From: Candidatus Bathyarchaeota archaeon | GTDB taxonomy: Archaea; Thermoproteota; Bathyarchaeia; TCS64 | Assembly: GCA_043826455.1 (NCBI GenBank) | Contig: JBDRQD010000009.1 | Span: forward strand, 1-26,662 | Length of the DNA: 26,662 nucleotides | Reading direction: 5' to 3' | Part shown: one piece after another, positions 16,990 to 26,391 of the stretch | Layout of the letters: every line of letters begins with the position of its first letter | How positions within the stretch are numbered: the stretch's first letter is position 1 | Program-made: the position numbers and the translations under genes | The notes under the pieces: generated by a model | Told to the model about the DNA's origin: nothing | Databases searched by the model: none | The model's input: only the letters and a program-made list of their open reading frames with translations

Positions 16990-19539
16990 TCACCGCTTAA
17001 CACCGAAGAAGGCACCCAGGCTCGTCTGGATGGGCCGCCCCACCAACTCGTCGAAGCTCATGTCCAATGCATCCAGCAGCTGCTCAAAGGTACCCTCCAG
17101 GTACTCCTCATACTTCTTCACGTCCACATCCTTAGACTTGGCCGAGATAGCCGGCAGCACATCATCCTTGGTGACCACATAGCTGATGATGTCCCCAGCC
17201 ACCACCTCATAGCCCTGCTCCTCCAGCATCCGGCCCGCCTTCACGTGCTGAGGATTGGTATCATACTGCTTCAGGGGCTTACCCAGCTGCATCTGGAAGG
17301 CCACCTCCTCCACCTTGAACTCCCTCTCCTTGAGGCGCCTATGCACCTCCGACACCAGCCCCTTGATGTCCTCCTTGGCCGCCGGGAACTCGTCCTCCGT
17401 CTGGACGCTGCTGAGGATACCCGTGAGCTCGTCGAAGGCCGCCTTCAACATGGGCGGTATGTGGCGCTTCTTACCGGTCAGCCCCTTGACGTCCAGGCGT
17501 CCGTCCTTGTAGACTCCCAGATAGTTCTTCTTACGCCTGGAGAAGACGGCGTACCTGTACACCTTGTCCACCTCCAAGTCGATGCCCAGCCCCTGGTCAG
17601 CCCACGCTATCAGGGCGTCAGTCTGCTGCTTCGACGGATGGTTAAGGAACACGCTGTCCGTGTCCCCGTACAGCACCTCAATGCCGAGCTCAGCGCTCTT
17701 CTTGGTGGCCTCCTCCAAAGCGTATCGGCCCACAGCAGCCGTGCTCTCCGCCAGGGGCGGGCAGTAGAGAGGGAAGCTCTCCGAGCCAAAGACACCGTAG
17801 CTGGCGTTGAGGAAAACCTTCAGGGCCTGCTGGACCACGTCGTAGTACTGGCGCTCCCCGTCGGTGAGGCCCTTGTCCTTGCTGCGCGGCTTGTACCAGA
17901 GGACCCTCAGGTCCTTGAGGCTGCCTATGAGCTCGCTGGTCATCCCCCGCCTCTTGGTACAGACCCAGTGAGGGGTCCCCGGCACCAGATTACTCCTACA
18001 CTCCTCATGTGTACACAGGAGGGTGTCGTAGCTCAGGTTCCAGTTACGGATGGCAGAGGGGTAGAGGCTGGCGAAGTCCAGAACCGTCACCTCGAAGTGT
18101 ATGCCCGGCACAGGGTCCCTGACGATGGCGCCCTGGTACTTCTTGCCCTTGATGACGGCCTCCGTGGTGGTGCCTCCCTTGGCCTCGATGATGTCCTTGG
18201 TGTTGGGTATCAGCCAGCCCAGCCTGCGGTGCTCCCACTCCATGAGGCTGAGGATCCAGCGGCTCACCCCCATCCGTGACACGTCCTCCAGGATGCTCTT
18301 GCTTATCCTGCTGAGGAGCACCATGAGGTTCATCACTAGGTTGTCGTTGAAGGCTGTCAGGTAGTAGGTGATGTAGGCGTCCTGCATGCAGTAGTCGCCC
18401 AACTCCTTTATGCTCAGCTCGGCGATGTCCTGGACGGCTATCTTACCCTCCTTGAGGATGCTGGACGCTATCTCGTCAAGCGTATGCTCACGGTACACGT
18501 TGCCGAAGGCGTATCCCTGGATGCTGCGGTTCCTGAAGAACTGGTAGAGGTCAATATGGACGCCGTTGGTGAGGAAAGCGAATCTGCGGCCAAGGGTTAT
18601 GGGGTTCTCCTCGTTGGGCACGCCCAGGTTCCTGGCCCTGTTGCGCAGGTACTTGAAGTCGAAGTCGTCGCCGTTGAACGTAAGCACCACAGGGTACATG
18701 TCCAGCACCCTGAAGGTCTCCTGAATGATTTCCCGCTCAGACTCGTAGACCGTGACCTCGTCTGCCCCAGCGATCTGGGGCGTCTCCACGGACAGCCCCG
18801 AGTCGTTCAGCAGCAGGATCTTCCGGAGCCCGTTGCTGCCCGCGAAGGCCACCGCCGTAATGGGGTCCTTCGCCTCATCCGGGTTGGGCACCCTGTTCTT
18901 CACGGAGGACCTAACCTCGATGTCCACAGCCACGCGCCTGATGTGGGGCACAGGGTTCTGCAGAAGCCTAGCCCAGTCCCTCATGGGCTCCTTCAGGTGC
19001 TCCTCTGTGTGGCTCAGTATCTCGTTGAACTGGGCCTCCACGCTGGCCGGCAGGCTCCAGTCACCCTGGATCAGGTCCCCGTCCACTACCCTGTAGGGCA
19101 TCCCGGGGACCAGGTGCCTGTCGAAGGTGTAGCAGCTGTAGTACCTGATCCTGCTTTCCCAGCTCTCGTTCAGGTGGCTCCGTATGCAGCCCGGGCCTCC
19201 GCCGACGCTGAGGGGGTCCTTGGCCACCACCTTGGTGACCGTGATCTCCTCGTTGGCCAGGGCGTCGTACTTCTCCACTGGGTCCAGGCTCTTGAAACCT
19301 TCGTGGCCCATGACTCGCCTGTTACCCTTGAGCTCCTCGACAGACTGCTTAGATATTAGATAAGGCAGGTGGCCCGTGTTGTCGTACCAGAGGTAGATCT
19401 CCTGGCTCTCTGGCTCGTAGAGCCTCACGTAGGCCTTCTGGAGGGCCCCGTCGTAGCCGGCTGAGAGCAGGTAGCTGGTGCCCAGGTTGTCCGGGGCCAC
19501 CCTGCCCTTCGGCTGTATGATCTCCTCCTCTTCGCTCAT
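16990..19539 (-). CDS. polB1: Family B DNA polymerase, PolB1 (TACK type)
   Basis: N-terminal YDG...KA...LY...YDNTGH.PY typical of PolB1; exonuclease motifs DIE, FNGDDFD, YCMQDA; polymerase motifs DFASLYPS, KVFLNASYG, YGDTDS; C-terminal PIP box QTSLGAFF. Start ATG 19539. Confidence 0.95.
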   Translation of the reverse strand: MSEEEEIIQPKGRVAPDNLGTSYLLSAGYDGALQKAYVRLYEPESQEIYLWYDNTGHLPYLISKQSVEELKGNRRVMGHEGFKSLDPVEKYDALANEEITVTKVVAKDPLSVGGGPGCIRSHLNESWESRIRYYSCYTFDRHLVPGMPYRVVDGDLIQGDWSLPASVEAQFNEILSHTEEHLKEPMRDWARLLQNPVPHIRRVAVDIEVRSSVKNRVPNPDEAKDPITAVAFAGSNGLRKILLLNDSGLSVETPQIAGADEVTVYESEREIIQETFRVLDMYPVVLTFNGDDFDFKYLRNRARNLGVPNEENPITLGRRFAFLTNGVHIDLYQFFRNRSIQGYAFGNVYREHTLDEIASSILKEGKIAVQDIAELSIKELGDYCMQDAYITYYLTAFNDNLVMNLMVLLSRISKSILEDVSRMGVSRWILSLMEWEHRRLGWLIPNTKDIIEAKGGTTTEAVIKGKKYQGAIVRDPVPGIHFEVTVLDFASLYPSAIRNWNLSYDTLLCTHEECRSNLVPGTPHWVCTKRRGMTSELIGSLKDLRVLWYKPRSKDKGLTDGERQYYDVVQQALKVFLNASYGVFGSESFPLYCPPLAESTAAVGRYALEEATKKSAELGIEVLYGDTDSVFLNHPSKQQTDALIAWADQGLGIDLEVDKVYRYAVFSRRKKNYLGVYKDGRLDVKGLTGKKRHIPPMLKAAFDELTGILSSVQTEDEFPAAKEDIKGLVSEVHRRLKEREFKVEEVAFQMQLGKPLKQYDTNPQHVKAGRMLEEQGYEVVAGDIISYVVTKDDVLPAISAKSKDVDVKKYEEYLEGTFEQLLDALDMSFDELVGRPIQTSLGAFFGVKR

Positions 19540-19650
19540 CAGGCCACCTACACAGCGTAGATACCATGCGGCGCGATATAAAATAAGCATCGGCCACCAT
19601 GTTCCCCGTACGGTGGTGAACCCGGCTATCTAGCCATCGTCGGACCCGAA

Positions 19651-19696
19651 ATGTGATTACATATTGTGATTACCCCACGTAAACTGCCCTTAAATA
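19651..19696 (+). promoter_or_regulatory. OPT promoter with tandem operator candidates
   Basis: TGTGATTAC at 19652-19660 and 19665-19673; TATA-like CTTAAATA at 19689-19696, 21 nt before GTG 19718. Confidence 0.5.
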
Positions 19697-19717
19697 CCTG
19701 GGAGCCGGACCCATCGC

Positions 19718-21523
19718 GTGGAAGCCGTCATTCAAGCCGAAGAGCCAGAGGGGCCAGTCAAGGTCCGCGCGATCATCCTCGGGGCGCTCATGGCGCTGAT
19801 ATTCAGCGCCATCAACGGCTACCTCAGCATCAACATGGGCTGGAACTTCGGCTATGGCGCAGTGGCGGTGATGATCGGGTACAGCCTCTTCCACCGCCTC
19901 CGTGGAGGAAGCTGCAGAAGGGAGCTCAGCTTTCTGCTGATAACAAGTGTAAGCTCGATGGGGGTTTATCAGACACTCGGGTTCCTCATCTACATGCTGG
20001 AAACGGAGCCGTTGGCCTCATACCCATCATGGATCGCCCCTCCGATGGAGGTCATCCAGGCCAAGGACATAAGCCTACAACACTGGATCGCCCCCATAGC
20101 CTTCTTATTCATCGCGGTGACCATAAGCCTCATCGCGGGGCTAATCTACTACACTATCCTTCGGGACGAACTGATCCGAAGCCCCAAGATGGTGTGGCCA
20201 ACCGAGTCAGCCACCACCAAACTCGTGGACGCGTGCATGACTGGGGGAGGCTCAGCCAGGCTCGTCGCGGTTTCGGCGGCCGTCGGCTTCACCATAACCC
20301 TGCTGCAGCACCTACCATCCCTACGTGGTCTTGACCTCACCACATTAGACCTGTCGGGGCTCCTCCCCCCCGGCAGCATACTGGTCATCAGCCTCAGCCT
20401 AGGGTTCGCCTCCATCGGGTACCTCATCAGCTCAAGGACCTCGCTGAGCCTCCTAGCCTCAGGCATGATCAGCTACCTCTTCGTAACCCCGGCGCTGGTA
20501 CGCAGAGGCTTACTCGAACCCACAGGCGACGCCATGGCGCTCTACCAAGAGTATCTGATGAACTACTCAATGGGGCCCGCCATAGGCATACTTCTGCTGG
20601 GCGGCATCCTGCTATCAGTCGTCACGCTCGCCAAAAACAAATTTAAAAAAGGGGCGGAGGAAAACCTGGACAACGGCGAGACAGGGTACCTCGAACTCTA
20701 TAAGGTGCTCTTACAGGGAATACTCGGCAATAGAAAATACTTGGTCGCGATTCTAGGCATATTCGCCCTCCTGGCGTCCTTTGCGTACACCCTCAACCCC
20801 TTCGCACCGCTGCCGCCGGTCTTCGCGGTCGCCTTCACAGCCTACAGCTTCTTCATCGCGGGCTTCATGGAGGCGATATTCATCACCAAGATGCAGGGCG
20901 AGACGGGCATGGGCATGGGAGTAGCCTCCACACTACTATACGACCTACCCATATTCACCACCGGCTACAGGGCCTTCACAGGCTACTTCGTGTACCCGTA
21001 CCTGCGGCCCAACCCGTGGCTGAGTAGCGGCTCCCTACCCTACTACAAGTACAGGGATGAGACGCGGGTCAGCTGGAGGGACATAATTGTAGCCCAGATA
21101 ACGGGCTGGGTGCCCACCTTCATGTTCAGCATCTTCTTCACTCTCGTCCTCTGGAAATACGTGGGATTCGGCACCCCGATGATGCCCGCCGTCGGCCTCC
21201 TCCAGTCGAAAGTCTACATAACCATGCTGGCCACGGGAGACGTATCCACCGTTCTGAACCCATGGACGTTCCTCGCGGGCGGAGTGATCGGCGCCCTGCT
21301 CGAAGTCTTCACACCCATTAGCATGATGGGGCTCGGCATGGGCCTCCTGTTTCCGCCCCACTACATAATACCTTTAGGCGTCGGGGGCCTCGCTCGGCTC
21401 TACACTGAGAGGAGGTACGGGAAGGAGTTCTATAACGAGAGGGGCCGCCTTATAGTGGCGGGCCTCATGGCCAGCAGCCTCCTAGTCCAGGTGCTGATGA
21501 CTGTGGTCACCAATTTCTACTAG
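19718..21523 (+). CDS. OPT/YSL family oligopeptide or metal-chelate transporter
   Basis: VRAIILGALMALIFSAINGYLSINMG N-terminus, WPTESAT motif, many TM segments, and the C-terminal GLLFP...GGL...GRLIVAGLMA pattern. Confidence 0.8.
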   Translation: MEAVIQAEEPEGPVKVRAIILGALMALIFSAINGYLSINMGWNFGYGAVAVMIGYSLFHRLRGGSCRRELSFLLITSVSSMGVYQTLGFLIYMLETEPLASYPSWIAPPMEVIQAKDISLQHWIAPIAFLFIAVTISLIAGLIYYTILRDELIRSPKMVWPTESATTKLVDACMTGGGSARLVAVSAAVGFTITLLQHLPSLRGLDLTTLDLSGLLPPGSILVISLSLGFASIGYLISSRTSLSLLASGMISYLFVTPALVRRGLLEPTGDAMALYQEYLMNYSMGPAIGILLLGGILLSVVTLAKNKFKKGAEENLDNGETGYLELYKVLLQGILGNRKYLVAILGIFALLASFAYTLNPFAPLPPVFAVAFTAYSFFIAGFMEAIFITKMQGETGMGMGVASTLLYDLPIFTTGYRAFTGYFVYPYLRPNPWLSSGSLPYYKYRDETRVSWRDIIVAQITGWVPTFMFSIFFTLVLWKYVGFGTPMMPAVGLLQSKVYITMLATGDVSTVLNPWTFLAGGVIGALLEVFTPISMMGLGMGLLFPPHYIIPLGVGGLARLYTERRYGKEFYNERGRLIVAGLMASSLLVQVLMTVVTNFY

Positions 21524-22383
21524 TCGAGGCAGGAGGCTTTAACGTGGTAGTAAAGAGTCTCTAGAAGAAGATATGCGGCCGCGTTGGCTGTCTGGCCCGT
21601 GTCGTAGTGGGGGTACACCTCGTTCACGTCCAGGCCCACGAGTTTACCGTTGACGGCCGTCTCCATGATGTCCAGTACCTGGGTCGGGCTCAGGCCCTCC
21701 GGGTGAGGATTGCCCACCGCTGGGGCGTAGCATGGGTCAAGGGCGTCCATGTCCAAGCTTACGTACACCCGCCGGGCATCAGCCACCAGTCTCCCGGCTT
21801 CCTCGCATGGGTCCACCTGTCCTCTCATCATCTGGTGCGGCGTAATGTAGGCCACATCTGGGTTGGAGGCGGCGTATTCCACTTCCTCACCTGAGAGGGC
21901 CCTGGCCCCGATGATCAGCGCCTTGCAGCCGAGCTCCTCAAGTCCCCGCCTGAGGTACGTGGCGTGACACATGCGTTCACCGAAGAGTTCGTCTCTGAGG
22001 TCTAGGTGGGCGTCGAAGACGATGACCAGGTCAGGCTTGAGTTCTCTGATGGCTCCCAAGGTGACGGTGTGCTCGCCGCCCAGCATAACTGGAAGTCCTT
22101 TGACATTTGACACTGTTTCCTGAACTCCTCTAAGCGCCGCGTCAACGTCGGGGCAGTCCACGTCCCCGGCGTCGGCGAGGCTCACGTCGCCCCAGTCGAG
22201 GCCCGTCCTGGCGCTGTAGGTGTCCAGGTAGGTGCTCTCTACGCGGATGGCGTGGGGCCCGAACCTGGCGCCCCTCCTGTAGCTGGTGGTCTTGTCTAGG
22301 GGCGCCGCGAAGAGAAATATGTCAGCGCCCTCAGGGTCGGTCCCTTTGTCGAGGAAAGGCTGAAGAGTGGGTTTGAGGTGCAT
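21520..22383 (-). CDS. speB: Agmatinase (ureohydrolase family)
   Basis: TTSYRRGARFGP, GGEHT, DAHLD, SLDMDALDP..AP.VG.P.PEG, NEVYP.YD. Confidence 0.92.
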   Translation of the reverse strand: MHLKPTLQPFLDKGTDPEGADIFLFAAPLDKTTSYRRGARFGPHAIRVESTYLDTYSARTGLDWGDVSLADAGDVDCPDVDAALRGVQETVSNVKGLPVMLGGEHTVTLGAIRELKPDLVIVFDAHLDLRDELFGERMCHATYLRRGLEELGCKALIIGARALSGEEVEYAASNPDVAYITPHQMMRGQVDPCEEAGRLVADARRVYVSLDMDALDPCYAPAVGNPHPEGLSPTQVLDIMETAVNGKLVGLDVNEVYPHYDTGQTANAAAYLLLETLYYHVKASCLD

Positions 22384-22385
22384 TC

Positions 22386-22697
22386 CTACTCTACTACTAC
22401 CTGGTCCACGCTGTGGATGACGGCGCCCTGCTTGGCCATATGCGCCTTCAACTCGTCATAGTCCACGTTGTTGCCATAGATTATGACCCTTAGGCTCTCC
22501 GTCTTCTCATCCATCTCAACCACCGAGACATCTACTTTGCTAACGCCGCTCAGCTCGCCAATGAACATGGCGAACTCCGGCAACGCGGGCTGGTGCGGCT
22601 TAAGAACGTCTAGTACGACGTGTACTATCTTGGGTTTCTCCAATCTTTTCACATATCCTTCGGAAGGTTCCGGTAGATATTCAACGCGTATATGCAT
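22386..22697 (-). CDS. DUF211 family protein
   Basis: VLDVLKPHQP...GAVIHSVDQVV signature. The true start may lie further downstream (GTG/TTG near 22652-22643). Confidence 0.85.
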   Translation of the reverse strand: MHIRVEYLPEPSEGYVKRLEKPKIVHVVLDVLKPHQPALPEFAMFIGELSGVSKVDVSVVEMDEKTESLRVIIYGNNVDYDELKAHMAKQGAVIHSVDQVVVE

Positions 22698-22760
22698 GTT
22701 ACCTCCTTTTATATAATGTGGGTAGTGGGCGTTGCCTACACCCCGGACAATTTACGGGGC

Positions 22761-24263
22761 TCAGAGGTGTTCGGCGACAACCTCCGACAGGTCGGCCACC
22801 CTGAGCCCCGGCCTGTGCGCTCTGGCTGCGAGCCTCATGTTCAGAACGCATGTGGGGCACCCCGTGACGACGCAGCTGACGCCATCAGGCACGGCCTCGG
22901 TTACCTTCTGCTCCGCCACCCTGGAGGCCAGGGACTCGTTGTACATCCAGAGCCCACCCCCGGCGCCGCAGCAGACGGCGTGCTCCTTCGAGAGCACGGG
23001 GTCCACCAGCTTCGAGCCCTTGACCGCGGCTAGGACCCTCCGCGGGGGGTTGTAGACGTGGCTGTGCCTCCCCAGGTCGCATGGGTCGTGCCACATGTAA
23101 GCCTCATCGCCTCTCATGGGTGGGAGTCTGCCCTCCTTCAGCAGCCCGTGGTAGAGCTCCGAGGTGTGCAGCACCTTGAATGGCGGGGCCGCCCCTAAGT
23201 TTGGGTAGACCTTCTTGAAGGCGTAGTAGCATCCAGCGCAGCTGGTCACCAGCACCTCGGGCAACTGCTCTCCAAGCTCCTTGACGAGCTGGGCCGCGTA
23301 ACTTCTTGCCTCATCCCACTGGCCCAGCAGGTACAGGGCTAACCCGCAGCACCTCTCACGCTCCCCGAGCACACCGAAGTCCACGCCTGTGTAGGCCAGC
23401 ACCTTGGCGGTGGCCTCCGCTGTCTCAGGCAGCCTGTAGCTGGTGGTGCAGCCGGGCCAGTAGAGGACGCTGTTGTTTCTGTAAGCGAACTCGTCGGCGA
23501 CGTCCTCGTACCACAGTGTGCGGTCCTCGGGCTCTAATCCCATGGGGTTGCCGCTTTCCAGCAGGTTCCGTAGTATGGGTCTGCATCTGTTTGGCTGTCT
23601 CCCCTGAGATACTATCTTGTGCCTGGCCTCCACTATGGCGTTGTTGATCTCCAGCGGGCTCTGGGTGTGCTGGCCGTAGCACTGGCCGCAGGCTGTGCAG
23701 CTGAAGACGGAGTCCACCAGCCTCTCCGAGGCCGTCAGGTCGCCGCTGGCCAGGCCCCTGCACAGCAGAAGCCTTCCTTTCGATGAGTACGTCTCGCCGC
23801 CGTCGAGGAACCGGTGGACGACGCAGTAGCCGGCGTCCGCTTCCAGTCGGAACCCCTCCTTTGATTGGAGGAAGGCTACAGCGAAGTGGGGGGCTGATCC
23901 TGCTGACTTCCTGGCGTCCCTGTTCTCGTCTCGTCGCCGCCTCTGCTCGATGATGGCGTCCTCCAGCTCGGTCAAGCTCAGAGCCTCTCTGTCATCTAGC
24001 AGCAAGTAGGGTTCGTCCTTTGGGATCATGTGAGGCTCACCCAGGCGCACAATGGGTAGCCCTAGCTCCTCCGCGGCTCCAGTGAGGGCGCCAAGTCCTG
24101 GCTCTGGCCTCAGCACAGCCAAGGGCTCCGGCACCCGTTCAACGCCCATGAGTCCCACGTGCGAGTAGACGTAGAGGTCCTCCGTGGCCGTGAGCACCTC
24201 GATACCGTGGAGCCCCTTCAGCCGTCTCAGCAGCGTCGCCTGGGTAGAGCCTGGGTCAGTCAA
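22761..24263 (-). CDS. CCG-domain Fe-S oxidoreductase (GlpC/HdrD/GlcF-like) with atypical N-terminus
   Basis: Two CCG domains (YWPGC, ERCCG, TSCAGC; HDPCDL, CCGAGGG, TGCPTC) and a partial ferredoxin motif CTACGQC. Confidence 0.85.
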   Translation of the reverse strand: MTDPGSTQATLLRRLKGLHGIEVLTATEDLYVYSHVGLMGVERVPEPLAVLRPEPGLGALTGAAEELGLPIVRLGEPHMIPKDEPYLLLDDREALSLTELEDAIIEQRRRRDENRDARKSAGSAPHFAVAFLQSKEGFRLEADAGYCVVHRFLDGGETYSSKGRLLLCRGLASGDLTASERLVDSVFSCTACGQCYGQHTQSPLEINNAIVEARHKIVSQGRQPNRCRPILRNLLESGNPMGLEPEDRTLWYEDVADEFAYRNNSVLYWPGCTTSYRLPETAEATAKVLAYTGVDFGVLGERERCCGLALYLLGQWDEARSYAAQLVKELGEQLPEVLVTSCAGCYYAFKKVYPNLGAAPPFKVLHTSELYHGLLKEGRLPPMRGDEAYMWHDPCDLGRHSHVYNPPRRVLAAVKGSKLVDPVLSKEHAVCCGAGGGLWMYNESLASRVAEQKVTEAVPDGVSCVVTGCPTCVLNMRLAARAHRPGLRVADLSEVVAEHL

Positions 24264-24385
24264 ATACTGTCTGGAACATATTGGCTGTTTTTGGTTTTAA
24301 AGGGTCGCAGCGCTGAAGCCTTTCAAGGCGCCCGCAGCCCCAAACTATTTAGAATAAATACCACATACGGATAGGTGGCGATTTC

Positions 24386-26389
24386 ATGGTTTATGGTTGG
24401 GCCGGTAAGACACTTCAGGTGGACCTGGGCACAGGTAAGGCGTCCACGGTCCCCTGGGACAAGGAAGGAAGACGGTTCCTGGGGGGCAGAGGGGGAAACG
24501 CCTGGCTCTTCTGGAAGCACACAAAGGCGGGCATGAACCCCTACGACCCCGAGGCACCCGTGATCTTCGGGTCGGGGGCCCTGGCGGCCACCGGGCTCAT
24601 CGGCGCCTCGAGGATGGAGGTCACTGTGGTCTCGGCGGCTAAGACGGAGACCCACAGCATAGGCAACGTGGGGATGGGGGGCCACTGGGCGCCGGAGCTG
24701 AAGTACGCGGGGTACGACAACATAGTCATCAAGGGCAGGGCCGAGAAGCCCGTGTACCTGTACGTGTACAACGACGAGGTGGAGATCAGGGACGCGTCAG
24801 GTGTCTGGGGCAAGGGGACCTTCGACACCGAGACCCTGCTCCAGGAGGAGGTGGATGACGAGGACGCCCAGGTGGCGTCCATAGGGCCCGCCGGTGAGAA
24901 CCTGGCGGTCCAGGCCACCGTTGAGCACGGGTACAGGAGTGGCACCCCCGTGGGCTCATCGATGGGCGCCAAGAAGCTCAAGGCCGTGGTGGTGAGGGGC
25001 ACCGGGGCGGTGAACGTCCACGACTCCGACGCGGTGATGGAACTCAACAGGCAGCTCGTCAACACGGTGAAGGACACCAAGAAGCGGCTGGGTGAGGCCA
25101 TACCCAGGGGCGAGGGCAAAGACGCGTACCTCCAGGGCTTCCTGGTGGGGGACGCGGGCGTCGTGGGCAACTACGAGAGCCACGAGTGGAGGGAGAGGCC
25201 TGACGTGAAGAAGGCCTACGAGGAGAACTACCTTGAGGAGTACTTCGTGAAGAACGTAGGCTGCTATGGCTGCCCCTTCCCCTGCCAGCCTCTGTACGAG
25301 ATACCTGATGTGGGGGCCTGCATCTGGCGGTGCTACCCCACGTACTGGCCCTGGAAGCTCTGGATGACTGACCTGGCCTCGGCCTTCAAGGGCACCAGGA
25401 TGATGTCCGACCTGGGGATGGACAACAAGGAGGTGGCCACGGTCGTCTCCTGGCTGATGCATCTGTACAACGAAGGCCTGGTGGACGCGAAGGACTTGGA
25501 CGGCGTCTCCTTCGAGCGCGGGGACCCTGAGGCCCTGTTCGAGACCGCCCGGAGGATAGCCTACCGGGATGGTTACGGGGACGCCCTGGCCGACGGGCCG
25601 GTGACCCTGGCCAAGAAGCTGGGCAAGAAGGCCACGGACTACCTTTACCACAACCAGGGGCTTACCATGAGGACCTTCGAGTTCAGGGCCGAGCCCGGCA
25701 CAGCCCTCGGCGAGGTCATATCCGCCAGGGGCAACAGCCTGCGGGCCACCACGTACCACGTGGTGCTCTGGGACAAGCCCGCCAGAGAGGGATACGCCGG
25801 CGTCGACCCCAAGGAGAGGGACGCCAGCTACGAGTGGAGCAAGCGCATGTTCGGCACCGAGAAGGCCATCATGGCCACGGAGTACGAGGGGAAGCCGGCC
25901 GCCCTCATCTACGAGATGAACGGCGCGGCCATAGCCGACTCATTGGGCTACTGCGCCACCATGATCCGGCCCGGGCGGACGGGGGCCCCGGGGTCCCAGT
26001 TCGGTGAGGCGTCCTACCAGTTCGCGGCTGACAGGTTCAAGGCGGTAACAGGCCTGGACGCGGACGAGGCAGCTCTCTTCCAGTACGCTGAGAGGATATG
26101 CAACCTGGAGCGAGCCATAGTGGTCAGGGATGGGCGGACCCGGGCGGCGGAGACGCTGCCCGACTTCTTCTTTGAGGCCCCCATACTGGATGGGCCTCAG
26201 GCGGGCAAGAAGCTGGACCGGGGCAGGTTCGAGAAGATGAAGGACGAGTACTACGCCCTCAGAGGCTGGGACCCCGAGACAGGCACCCAGAGAGAGCCCA
26301 CCCTCAACAAGCTGGGGATGGCTGACGTGGCGAAGGAGCTGAAGAAGATGAAGAAGCTGGCCCAGGAGAAGGCCGCCAAGGAGGGATAA
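24386..26389 (+). CDS. Aldehyde:ferredoxin oxidoreductase (tungstopterin WOR/AOR) family enzyme, divergent active site
   Basis: GWAGK.L.VDL, FLGGRG, ELKYAGYD, IGPAGEN, MGAKKLKAV, CYGCPFPC, DLGMD, DSLGYC, YYALRGWD. Confidence 0.93.
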   Translation: MVYGWAGKTLQVDLGTGKASTVPWDKEGRRFLGGRGGNAWLFWKHTKAGMNPYDPEAPVIFGSGALAATGLIGASRMEVTVVSAAKTETHSIGNVGMGGHWAPELKYAGYDNIVIKGRAEKPVYLYVYNDEVEIRDASGVWGKGTFDTETLLQEEVDDEDAQVASIGPAGENLAVQATVEHGYRSGTPVGSSMGAKKLKAVVVRGTGAVNVHDSDAVMELNRQLVNTVKDTKKRLGEAIPRGEGKDAYLQGFLVGDAGVVGNYESHEWRERPDVKKAYEENYLEEYFVKNVGCYGCPFPCQPLYEIPDVGACIWRCYPTYWPWKLWMTDLASAFKGTRMMSDLGMDNKEVATVVSWLMHLYNEGLVDAKDLDGVSFERGDPEALFETARRIAYRDGYGDALADGPVTLAKKLGKKATDYLYHNQGLTMRTFEFRAEPGTALGEVISARGNSLRATTYHVVLWDKPAREGYAGVDPKERDASYEWSKRMFGTEKAIMATEYEGKPAALIYEMNGAAIADSLGYCATMIRPGRTGAPGSQFGEASYQFAADRFKAVTGLDADEAALFQYAERICNLERAIVVRDGRTRAAETLPDFFFEAPILDGPQAGKKLDRGRFEKMKDEYYALRGWDPETGTQREPTLNKLGMADVAKELKKMKKLAQEKAAKEG

Positions 26390-26391
26390 GC

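Noticed and set aside
16225..17085. Diversity-generating retroelement TR/VR pair as the explanation of the polB repeat
   Set aside because: Only 4 of the 9 mismatches are at adenines of the polB coding strand, the repeat is short, and no reverse transcriptase is in the window.
19590..19650. Small hairpins (CACCAT/GTGGTG, GGCTA/TAGCC) suggesting an ncRNA
   Set aside because: The stems are short, lie between two divergent promoters and match no RNA family I recognise.
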